This document shows, piece after piece, positions 53,031-64,000 of a DNA stretch of 64,000 nucleotides. Position 1 is the first letter of the stretch. Each line of letters opens with the position of its first letter. The notes beneath the pieces are model-generated. The model was not told where the DNA came from and ran no database searches. It saw only the letters and a list, made by a program, of their open reading frames with translations. The DNA is taken from positions 70,633-134,632 of the forward strand of contig NIVC01002242.1 in assembly GCA_002269645.1 (NCBI GenBank), given 5' to 3'. Both the position numbers and the translations under genes were made by a program. The DNA is from Macrostomum lignano (lineage: Eukaryota).

Positions 53031-53469
53031 AAAGACAAAGAGCAGCATTGTTAAAAAATCGTCAGATGGATAGAAGTTGAACATAACCAATTTAGTGAGA
53101 GAAGCCTTTCTTTCTTTAACAATATTTTACAATTCATTAGCTTTTTTTTAAACGAAGACAAACATACGCAGGAAAACGTTTAAATTTGACTGGTTGGTAC
53201 AGTCCGTACGTTTTTGTTAAACTGTTAAGGTCTAATATAAAATATTGAAACGATCTCAGCGACAGGCTTATACACTCTAATTGTTTTCGGACTATATAGG
53301 TTATAGGTTACAGGCCGTTTGTAATTTTATCGAATCTTTTACGACTGACAGGGTATTTGGAACTCTTCTCATGATGGTTAAATTTGCATACACTAGTGCA
53401 GTTTGACACGATTCAGTTGCCAGGAATACGCGCGTGTACGTCATGCATTATAATAAGTTTTTGAGTAGC

Positions 53470-54288
53470 TTAGCGGTAAACACGTCTGACTCTCTCGCAC
53501 CACGATCGTGCGTTCGATACCGATAATTTAGCCCTTGTGCGAAAAATGGCTAGGGTTGTCGTGCGATTCACACACAAGAATCCCCCAATTGCGCCAATCC
53601 CCAAGGCCCAGCTAAGGGTGTACATACCTGTGACGTAATTCGGGCTGCATGAAAACACCTGTGCAAACCCTTGGGATATATGAGTCATCACGGGGGGCAC
53701 AGGGATCACAACTGGGAGGAAGTGAGGGTGCGCAAACATTAGTGGGGAGGCCCACCAGGATTTCCCCACGCAATAATATGTCATAGCTGCAGCCTGCAAA
53801 ATTCAGTGTACTTGTGCTTTATTAAAAACAAATAAACGAATGCGAAACGAAAATTAAATTTTATTTTAAAAAGAGGAACTTTCAGATATGTGTTACGAAC
53901 GTGGACGTTTGTGTTACACAATTTCTTAGACTATTAAAAAAGTAACATTTCACATACGGAAGTGGAGCTGCTGATGTTTTTCGAATGTTTCATTCGAAGC
54001 ATTCTATATTTGTAAAAGTACGATGGACTGTATAAATTAGCGAACTATAAGGAACTAATAAGAACTATTTGATTTGTGACTTCTATCACAGAGACGCCAG
54101 CGCTGTAGTATCGGAAAATAAGTCTAGAAAAGATTTCGCATTTCGTGATCAACAGAGCAAAATTAAAGGAAGAAATTGCATGGCTTTTCATTTTCTTCAT
54201 TTGGATTCGACTAATTGTTCTCATGCTACAGTGTAGTTCTTACCTGGTGTGCCGCTTTTCTGAAGAGTAGGAGGCATTTAGGAGGCAT
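53470..54288 (-). CDS. Candidate 122-aa orphan membrane protein; exons 54288-54244 and 53793-53470
   Basis: The ATG exon ends CAG/GTAAGA in phase 0 and the acceptor TTTTGCAG/GCT is phase 0. One hydrophobic segment (GMYTLSWALGIGAIGGFLCV). No family recognised. Confidence 0.3.
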
Positions 54289-54306
54289 TTTAGGATTAGA
54301 GTCAGG

Positions 54307-54634
54307 GGCGCACTTTAAGCGACATTGTCACACAACCGGTGAGAGGCATTACGGCCGATTCCGCAGACTCCCCTGAGCAGGCACACAAGCGCGCGGATCC
54401 GTACGCAGTCATACGCACAGGCACACACTCACACAGGAGTGTACAGCGGCCCAAAAATTTATTTATCGTTATGCATGTACACTTCACGGTGCCTTGGGGT
54501 GGCTCTCAAGGGCGTTAATTACACGAGCAGAGCCAAGCCGAGATTCCAATTCAGCCCCAAATTAATGTGACTGCACTTGGACTCGAGCCTGGGCCGCTGG
54601 CAAATCAGAGCGCCGCGCTGGACGCACTGGGCTG
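54307..54634 (-). mobile_element. tRNA-derived SINE, copy C
   Basis: Long identical stretches with 24741-25035, e.g. GAGCAGAGCCAAGCCGAGATTCCAATTCAGCCCCAAATTAATGTGACTGCACTTGGA. Confidence 0.82.
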
Positions 54635-54947
54635 ATGGTATCCTCCCTCCTCTGAACTGGTGGACGGGAGCAATCCACCGGTGAACCGGGGATATTTAGA
54701 AACCCACACCAGTGAAACGGGGAATCCGCAGGGTAATCGAAGAAATGGGGCAATGGCCACATCTATGGACTGGGGTTAGTCTAGCAACTTTAGACTGCAT
54801 CGATATGATCCAAATGAAGAAACACGTCAAGCTTGATTGCTAAGAGGAAATTCTACTAACCAATTGAGAGAAGTGTAAATGAACAATTGTGACTCGTAGG
54901 TCAAAAAATGTAAGACAACCATCGCCACTTTCAAACGATCCAATTAA

Positions 54948-55467
54948 TTACGATCGAAAGTCCTCCACGCCCGCCTGGGTCATCAGGTCGGCGACGCTGC
55001 GCTCGAGTTCGTCAATCCGCCGGCCCATTTCGTCGATTCGGCCGGTGATGCGGTCGCTGGTGTGGCCGAAATTGTCGGTCATGCCCTGCAGCATGGCCTG
55101 CAGCTGCAGGTGGCGAGGAGGGTAGCGGATCGGTAAGCATATCCCGGACTACAGATATTAAAAAACCATAGACAGTTCGTTAGTAATACTCGTTTAAGCT
55201 AATCTTAATTTAGTAGCTTGAACGAACAGGCAGATCCACGCAGACTGTCGCTTTAATTTTCGACAGTGCCCAAAAAAGCAAACGCTAAAAACTGTTGGCT
55301 TGAATCCGGTTCTAACATGGTGTTCCTTAAAGCTTTGTGTTTTTGCCAACTTCGGGTTCGTAAAGACGTCCCCAGACCCACAAGCCCCAGCTTACGTGAT
55401 TCGTGAGCTCTTGGACATTGTGCGGATCAACAACTCCATATGATTTATCCTTGGCGAAGTCGGCCAT
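54948..55467 (-). CDS. HSBP1: Heat shock factor binding protein 1; exons 55467-55396 and 55103-54948; 75 aa
   Basis: [58 protein letters not shown] aligns with HSBP1 (DPKTVQDLT...[28 protein letters not shown]). Phase-0 GT-AG intron. Confidence 0.93.
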
Positions 55468-56035
55468 GCTGCAGTAACTGTCTGTCAGCTGCTAGTCAAG
55501 TCTGGAGAGCTTGAAAAGAAAAATTTTAATTTCTCTGCTTTCCTTCCTTTATTTCTAAGCCTCTCTCTGCTGCTGCAGGTAAGCTTTTAGGCAGGGGGGA
55601 GAGGCAGTGAGAAGAGGGAAGCAAGTCAACGGTAGAGAGACGGTTTGCGTTGCCATTGGTTACGACAGGCACAGCTGAGGCAGGGGTAGCGTTCGGGGAC
55701 AGAGAATTCAGAAGAGAGAAAAAGAGACGGAGAGACGGAAGGGTGGAGCAGGGGATGAATCAGCTGCGTGCCTGATGCCCACTGTGCCGTCCCTGCACTC
55801 AGCTAGCAGTGCAACTCTCATGCTTCCACTTTGCTCTCTCCTCTGTCTCTGACTGCTTCTCATATGGCGCCCCGGATCGAGGGCAAACATTGCCAAGTGC
55901 AAATATTCGCAAGACTCTCTACGAGAACCAGCTGGGACAGCGCGACCAATGCTAGCTACTTAATGCGTCCAAATTTTATTGAAAAATGCAAACAAAAACT
56001 TTTAACGCCAATTCTTTGCGCCATTCACTCGAACT

Positions 56036-57144
56036 GACTGACTGACTGACTGACTGACTGACTGACTGACTGACTGACTGACTGACTGACTGACTGACTG
56101 ACTAACTGACTGACTGACTGACTGACTGACTGACTGACTGACTGACTGACTGACTGACTGACTGACTGACTGACTGACTGACTGACTGACTGACTGACTG
56201 ACTGACTGACTGACTGACTGACTGACTGACTGACTGACTGACTGACTGACTGACTGACTGACTGACTGACTGACTGACTGACTGACTGACTGACTGACTG
56301 ACTGACTGACTGACTGACTGACTGACTGACTGACTGACTGACTGACTGACTGACTGACTGACTGACTGACTGACTGACTGACTGACTGACTGACTGACTG
56401 ACTGACTGACTGACTGACTGACTGACTGACTGACTGACTGACTGACTGACTGACTGACTGACTGACTGACTGACTGACTAACTGACTGACTGACTGACTG
56501 ACTGACTGACTGACTGACTGACTGACTGACTGACTGACTGACTGACTGACTGACTGACTGACTGACTGACTGACTGACTGACTGACTGACTGACTGACTG
56601 ACTGACTGACTGACTGACTGACTGACTGACTGACTGACTGACTGACTGACTGACTGACTGACTGACTGACTGACTGACTGACTGACTGACTGACTGACTG
56701 ACTGACTGACTGACTGACTGACTGACTGACTGACTGACTGACTGACTGACTGACTGACTGACTGACTGACTGACTGACTGACTGACTGACTGACTGACTG
56801 ACTGACTGACTGACTGACTGACTGACTGACTGACTGACTGACTGACTGACTGACTGACTGACTGACTGACTGACTGACTGACTGACTGACTGACTGACTG
56901 ACTGACTGACTGACTGACTGACTGACTGACTGACTGACTGACTGACTGACTGACTGACTGACTGACTGACTGACTGACTGACTGACTGACTGACTGACTG
57001 ACTGACTGACTGACTGACTGACTGACTGACTGACTGACTGACTGACTGACTGACTGACTGACTGACTGACTGACTGACTGACTGACTGACTGACTGACTG
57101 ACTGACTGACTGACTGACTGACTGACTGACTGACTGACTGACTG
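56036..57144. repeat. (ACTG)n microsatellite, about 1.1 kb
   Basis: About 277 units with only two visible ACTA variants. Confidence 0.99.
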
Positions 57145-57299
57145 TCATGAGTGCTGTATGGACGCCAAAAAGATTATTAAAGAGAGCCGATAGAATAAGT
57201 TTTGAATTAATATATTTTGATCAAATTGAAAAACTCCACCAAATGTTAACTTTTCACCAAATTTGTCAGATAATCAGAAAAGGAGAATCAGTTTCACAG

Positions 57300-60200
57300 T
57301 CATTTGCAGTAGCCGCAAGTCCTGGCGCACAGACTGCGCATTGAGCGGCACATGTTGCTCTTCTTCACGAACAGGCAGTCAACAGGGCGGATTTTGTCTT
57401 TGCATTCTGGAAGACGTGCGGGATTTGTGGGATTTGCCAGAAGGTATTTAGGAAAGATTTAGTTAAGAATGACAGCTAGTGAAAGCTTTGACTCACTCTG
57501 AGTTGAGGCGCACTTCTCGCTGGAGGTGTATCGTTTAGGCACGCAAACGTTCGATCCGGGATACGTGACGTAATACATGAAGCAGCGGATTCGCTTGCCG
57601 CACTTGCACTGAGACACGGTGGACCGATCGCGCGGACATTTCGGCGAGCAAGAGAAAACGGCGAGACTTCGGCGAACAATGCAGTGACCCTTCACACGGA
57701 TTGTGTACAGTGTGACTACCTGCCGGATCCATTTCTTGCCGTGACGATAGCACTTGCTAATCAGCTTTCTGGTGACTAAGCCGCAGTTCTTGCAGCTATA
57801 AGTCTTAGCATGAGAGCTGATGCGACATCGGCCATTGACAAAGCGGGCGACGATCTTTGTAATTTTGCGTTGGCCATTTTTGCACGGTCCGATCAACTGG
57901 TAAGAGCCGACTTGGCAACGGACGCAGCGCAGGTTTTTGATTCTGACAGAGACGCGCCACAGACGTAGTTTTTTATCGTAGTAGACCTGAACTCTAATGT
58001 CCTTCTGCCAGCCGGACTTGGAGCAGCGGCTGCGCCAGTGGTAGCCTCTCGGTTGACGCTTGCAAACACCGCAAGTGTAATTGCACAGATGACGTACGAG
58101 GTGCCTGGAACACTTCGACTTCTTGCAGAATTCTCGTCTGTCCTCGCATTTGCGACATGGCACTCGCAGTTTGTGCACCCGCCTTTGGCAGCTACCGCTG
58201 CGATTCCGCTTCCACGTAGCCACCGCTGCTGTCCTGTAGCATACGCGCTGCTTGCCTAATTTGATGCAGCTGCACTTGTATTGCTTCAGGATGCGGCGGA
58301 AGGGACATTTAGTAGGACAGATTCGCTCAAACAAAATACAGTCTCGCGTCTTGCGCAACTTCAGCGACGGGAACCGCAGGAGGAGACCCCTGCGATTGAT
58401 TCGCAGAAGGAGACACTTTCGCGTTGAATGATCATAGTCGAATGCCCGGCATTTGCTGTTTTTCTGACAGCTGCTCATGCAAACGTCGAAAGAGGTGCGC
58501 TGAGCCAAAATGAACGAGCGTCGGAAGTGCCGCTGCTTGCTGAGGCAGAAATTTTTGGCATAAATGAGCCGCGTTTTGGGGCAGCCTGTGGGAGAATTGG
58601 TTTTGAATCACAGTTGAAAATATCAATATTCGTGTTCTATAAAGCAAAGTTAGTGCTTACCATAGCAACGATGGCAGGTCCTCGCGCAAAGACGCTTGGC
58701 GAAATACGGGTATTTGTCGCACAATTGAATCTTGTTAGAAGCGGCCCACTTTCTGCATATTCCAGTGGGTAGCAGGTCTCTACACTTGGACTTGCATTGC
58801 ACCACGCGTCTGTAGATCTTCGATACGCATTTACATTTTACAGGCTTGTGAATGACAACAATAACTGCTTGAGTCTTGCCTGTACATTTTGATACCTTTG
58901 TGCGCGCCTTTGGACAACTTATAAGTCTGTAGCTTGTAAACTTTCGAAGCTTGCAACTGTTACCACTTACAAAGAAGCGATACTCAGTTACCACTAAGCG
59001 GTTGTTTCTAAGGCAACTGTAGCGTTTGTATGGCTTCTGACAGGCGCACAGCTTCAAGAAAGAATTGGAAACGGTTTTGCAGCTGCAACCGACGCGTCGC
59101 TTCCATGTCTGCACGACTCGCGCGTACTTTTTATTTCCCTTAACGATATTACAAGGACCAACTACACTATGGCGCTTGGAGCTGCACGTCACACGAATTC
59201 TTGAGGTGATCTTGCTGCGTGCAATGCACTTATTTCCAGACTTCTGCCAATAATGGTGAATGTAAACCCACGAGCCGGAGCGGCACTTCTTGGTTGCGTA
59301 ACCGCGCCTACATCTGCAAAGCTCATAGCGCGACTTTGTGTACTTGATGCAGACACAATTTCTCTTCTTCCAATAGCACTCGACCCACTTTCGATAGAAT
59401 CCATTCTGTCTGGCAGCACATTTGGATTTTTTCGTTCGAGGTGAAGGACAGCGGACTGGTCGGTAAATTTTGCGAGACACGCGGCGACAACTGCGTTTGT
59501 GGAATTCAAGCCAAGAATGGACTTCAACATGCTGCTGCGAACGTTTGTCGCAGTAGCGGTATTTCTGAAGTTGCCGCTTGCAACCTGAAATAACATAACA
59601 CTTAGGGTTTGTAACTGTTTGATTGAGTAGAAAATTAACTACATTGGTAGAAAATTGAACTTACAGCAAGTTTCCTTCCACACTTTATAATGACGCTTGC
59701 ATTTGCAGTTTCGCACAGTGTACCATATGCTTCCCATACTTCTCTTGCAGCTCGAACGATTGCATTTACCCCTGACTATTTTTCGAGTCTTGCACGTTAC
59801 GCGAGAAGTGCGGCATCTGCGGTTTTTGGTGCACCCAGTCGGTTTGAGAGTGTAAGTATAGTGGCAGCGCTGCTGGTGATTTCCCCGAACGCAGGTGTTG
59901 ACAACGTGCTGCTTAGGACAACGGCAGCGTATGAGCTGGTGTCGGCGGCCAACCTTACAGCGGCACTGTGCAACATGCCGAGTTACTATCGTGTCTTTCC
60001 TCCAGCCATCTTTGCGACACGGTCCTCGGTGAAGCTTGGAGCGTGGCCGACAGGCTGCATGCACTTGAGCGGAAATGTCATACCGGCGCACGCTTCGATG
60101 ACAGGCGTGCTTCTTGAATCGGTATGAGGTGACAACTCGGTACAGTCTGTTTTTGTAACACTTCTTTTCAACGCTGTCTCTGTGAATGCAGCAGCACAGC

Positions 60201-63200
60201 TTCCACCAGCTTTTGGATCTGCGCACGCATTTCTTTCTACGCCGATCCAAATAGAATGTGGTGCGTGTATACACTCTCCTGCAGTTGTGTTTGTGACAAG
60301 CGGAATGCTTAACGACCGGCTTGGCACAAGCTTTCTTGCAGATTCTCTCAAACAGGCGCGTGGCGGAGAAGTGATACCTACAGAATGTATGAGTTGAAGC
60401 ATCTTAACATTGAAACAAGTGTCATAAACTTAATTCAAATACAGAAAATTTGCATCAAAAAGAAATGGTTAACCTACTTGCGGCGAATTCCAAGTTCCAT
60501 GTAATGCATTTTGATTGGTTTTGAAGCCAGCCACTTGACGTATAGACCGGATTTGGGAATCGGACGGAAGCCAACAACGAAAACGCTGGCTTTGCGCTTA
60601 ATCTTGTCGGCCAGTGCGACTGTCTTGTGCTGCTTGCTATGTTTGCCGCAGGTAATGATTACTACAATCTTTTCTACACCCGGTCGGGACTTAGCGTGTA
60701 GACGCCTATTGACTTCCTTAAGAGCCCCGCACAAATCGGTTCTTGTGTTGGTAAATGCCTTGATAGGTAGATTTTTCAAATGCTTCAATTTGTGAACGTG
60801 TACATTCCAGTTGTAGGAAACCATAGTAATGTGAACACTTGCAGAGGTGTGCAAAAAGTAGGTGGAAACGGTCTTTAGGAAGCTGACTATTCGTTTCTTG
60901 TAGCCACGCCTGTCTTTTCCGTACAGGTCAACTACCAAGAAAAGATCGACAGCTTTGTGGGCACAAGCGCACTTTCGGAATTCAGAGCGGACACGGCGCA
61001 CACAACGGCAGCCAATCTTTACCCAGTAGTGCACGATGTACCGTTGTTTTCCTCCTTTGCACCTTCCCTGGATAGCCCTGAGCACGCGGCGTGTGCAGTT
61101 CACACGCCTGAAAGAGTCCTTTGTTTTTGAGTAACAGCGACCATTTCTTAGCGTGTGAGTAATCCGTCTGATTCGTATCGCACCGCGAATACAAACTCGG
61201 GTCGTTGTTGCCTTGTTGCAACAGCATTTGCTCTTCTTCACTTGCTTCTTCATAATGCACTTACACTTGCGAACGCTGTATTGCTTGATTATTACTGTGC
61301 GATTACAGCGCTTGCAATTTCGTTGTATGGTCGATTTAGGACATGACACACGCTTTCTAGAGACAGTTCTATAGCTGACGCAACGACATCCAACCAAACG
61401 CCAACAGTTTCGAATGGCCGCAACTTGATTGCCATTTTCGCACCTGTATGACAAAGTGCACCGACGACAATCAGAGTAGCACAGCACTCGTTTGGTTTGC
61501 CGTATGCATTTGCATCCAGATCGGACAAAGCGCTTGTATACCTTATAGTATTTTGGTTTTCCTGCTGTACTGTGTGACAGCCGCCAAGTTGTGTCGCATC
61601 GAACCGCCTGTGATTGACGCTTAACGTCCCGCACACAGCGACCACGACTTAATCGGTAAGAATAATGGAATGTAACTATATGTCCCCGGTGGCAGATCTT
61701 CTTTTTGTGTGGCTTCAAACAGCGGCAGACAACCGAACGAGTTTGAACTCTTTTATGACAGCGACATGCCTTTTGATACCAGGAGACGGTTGTCTCAACC
61801 AAATAAAATCCGTACTTCGTTGGTTTACTGCAGCAACTACGAGTCATTTTTTTCGGTTTGCAAAGGATCGGTTTATCCACGCGACGTGTCTGCTTGAGGC
61901 ATCTACCATTCGATAGTCTCCACACGGTGATGTAGCGCTCCTTACGACAACGGCCACGAGAACACTTGCAAAGAACTCTTTGCACTGGCTTCTTGCATTC
62001 TGTAATGTTAATGTTAGAAAAAAACGATGTTCATTCGCTACCTTGCCTGAGCGGAAGAAAAATGAAAATAAAATTTTAAACGGGACTCACTGTATCTCAA
62101 GAACACAGTTTTGCAGCTTTTCACGCACTTGCAATTCTGCCGCTTAACCGAGCAACGGGTAACCTTCAGCACACCGCCAGGAAGCTTTTGTTTGGAAACC
62201 GTATTATGACGCTTGCACTCTGAAAATATCATGAAACATTTTATATTGCATGTCAAATACTTAAGGTAACATTTCCAGTATTAAGAGCTAAAAACAACAG
62301 CACATACTAATTTTCCTGCTGCTCTTAGTAACCTTCTTGATACACTTCCACTGTTTGAGAACTCGCTTGGTGATAGTTGTGATGACGTACCCTCGTTTGC
62401 GGTCGCATTTAACTGTGCGTCTGTAACCCTTGCAGCAACACACGCGATGCCGATGGTAACTCTTCCAAATGCATTTTTCGCCACTGAGAACCTGTTTCTT
62501 AAAAAGCAGCCTCTGGCGACACGATTTCTTGTTGCACGGTGCAGTCGAAACTAGTTTGCTACCGTGATGACAACCTGAAAGTATTTTGTTTGAGTGTGCA
62601 TTGTTACTTAAAAATAAGATACGTTTGACGCCATGATTTGCACGAACTAAGCTAAAAATTTAAACGCAATACTTACCACAACGGCGTATGTGCCGCGTTA
62701 CTTTTTTAAGCATCTGCAGTGCTTAACGTATGGCCTCGTCACAAAAACGTTAAGCTGTCCAGACTTCTTGTTGCAAACCTTTTTCACTTTCACCTGACCA
62801 CAGCTCAAGCGTTGGCGTCGCTTGCCAACGAGAATTCGTCGACAACGACCACGTACCAGTCGTCGTTCAGTGATTTTCGTGACCTTTATATAGCCAGCCA
62901 GACAGCTGTTCTTAACTTGACGACGCTTGTCACAGCCGCAGAGTTGATGAGTAACTTTGCGAACGCTTCGGCATTTGCAGTTCCGGACTGTCCATTGAAT
63001 GTGCGTCAGCTTGCGGTACTTGTCTCCATTACGTCCTCTCCTGCACGGACCACGAGTTTTAGTAGACTTTCTTACAGCGCACAGCTTTGCGGGAAACTTT
63101 GCTATCTTTATAGCACGCACAGTTACGAAGCTTAGATGCTGTTTTCACTGTGACGCAAAATGCGACCATTTTTACAGAAGCGTCGATCAGGTATCTTTCG

Positions 63201-64000
63201 GCAGTGAAGCGGCAGCTGCGTCGGGTCACACGCTTACGACAGAGGCAGTTATTGAGGCTGATTTCGGTCGTTTCAATGTGCTTGACCCCTTTGAAGTTGC
63301 ACCGCGATTGTTTTACATATCGACCAACTTTGCACGGCACCTTTCTTTTGTGAGTACGTTTTACAAGCTTGCAGTGGGCCTTCAGCTTCTTGCCAACAAG
63401 AAGCCACTTCTTTGTAACTGTCACAACTTCATTGGATATGCACTTCTTTGTGACGACCGTTTTGCGGCACCTGAATTGGTGAATTCGGTAATTAAGCAAC
63501 TAGAAAAATAAAACTATGACAGCCACTCATATCAAGATACATTTTCTAATGTTTTTCTTACCTGCATGGAACAGTCACGCGCTTCACGAGTACCCAAATA
63601 CATTGGCATTTTTTCGCCCGCCGCTGGTACAAATAATAGATGCGGAAACCTTTCCGACTGCAATTTCCGGGCACAATCTTCGCGCCCTTGCAGCGCACAA
63701 GTCGCACCGATTTATGAGACATCTTTTTGCAACCGTAGTCCTTGGGCACGGCCACCACTCTGTGTAAGTCACCACTTTGTTATTGCCCACGCATTTAACC
63801 AGCTTTTTCGACCATGCCTCTTAGCGCAGTCACATATACGCGTGGTGTTTTCGAGTCACATAGAGGCACTTTGCAGTTCTTAGCATAGACGTAGATTTTC
63901 TTAATAACTTGAACGTATTTATTTCGACTACTGCAGGCACGAGGCATTACCTGTGTGCGAACCCATCGAAGTTTTGTAGAACACGGTAGTCGATTATTGC
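57300..64000 (-). CDS. 3' part of a giant Lys/Arg/Cys-rich modular protein with degenerate vWA, PAN/apple and 3 ShKT domains; exons >64000-63562, about 63499-62677, 62574-62308, 62219-62091, 61999-60478, 60377-59665, 59584-58661, 58585-57497, 57406-57300
   Basis: Seven downstream exons join through phase-consistent GT-AG introns of about 75-100 bp. ShKT: CRDLLPTGICRKWA...CARTCHRC, CEDRREFCKKSKC...CNYTCGVC, CKDKIRPVDC...CARTCGYC. PAN: CMSSCQKNSKCRAFDYDHSTRKCLL. vWA: VDLFLVVD...KIVVIITCG...VFVVGF. Frameshifts occur above 62690. Confidence 0.85.

Noticed and set aside
53416-53429. GTTGCCAGGAATAC as an X-box for LRRCC1
   Set aside because: Two mismatches to the consensus and the LRRCC1 TSS is unknown, so it is too weak to call.
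56102-57148. Long repetitive ORFs (SQSV..., LSIY..., VAVLTKE..., CVCLS..., PEFHG..., PPSSNLND...)
   Set aside because: They are translations of micro- and minisatellites that lack stops in some frames. There is no splice or codon context supporting coding.
62690-63900. Programmed ribosomal frameshifting in the giant gene
   Set aside because: There are too many shifts, in mixed directions, mostly at short homopolymers and without stimulatory structure. Sequencing error or decay is simpler.

Overview
Eukaryotic (animal) genomic DNA with spliceosomal introns. Macrostomum-type free-living flatworm is my guess, from GC-rich exons, minisatellite-filled introns and gene content; it is not verified. 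All exon structures were assembled by hand from splice sites and phase. Genes: SHOC2-like LRR (+); family-2/adhesion-type 7TM receptor (-); TMEM216/80-like (-) head-to-head with CDK20 (+); 6-exon CYP26-like P450 (-); TTLL10-like tubulin ligase (+); LRRCC1/VFL1 (-), which has two apparent GC-AG introns and an antisense peptide GPCR nested in one intron; HSBP1 (-). The last 6.7 kb holds the 3' part (about 2000 aa, running off the window) of a very basic, Cys-rich modular protein with a degenerate vWA domain, a PAN/apple domain and three ShKT domains. Mobile DNA: a decayed Crypton-type tyrosine recombinase, a Tc1-like deletion derivative, two MITEs, a tRNA-derived SINE family and a CORE-type SINE. 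About 25 tandem repeats explain most of the long low-complexity ORFs in the track. No CRISPR array, rRNA or intact tRNA was found. Best leads: the giant K/R/C-rich protein, a CCATAGAC motif recurring in inverted pairs around the Crypton and elsewhere, and the concentration of cilium/centriole genes with an X-box at a divergent promoter.
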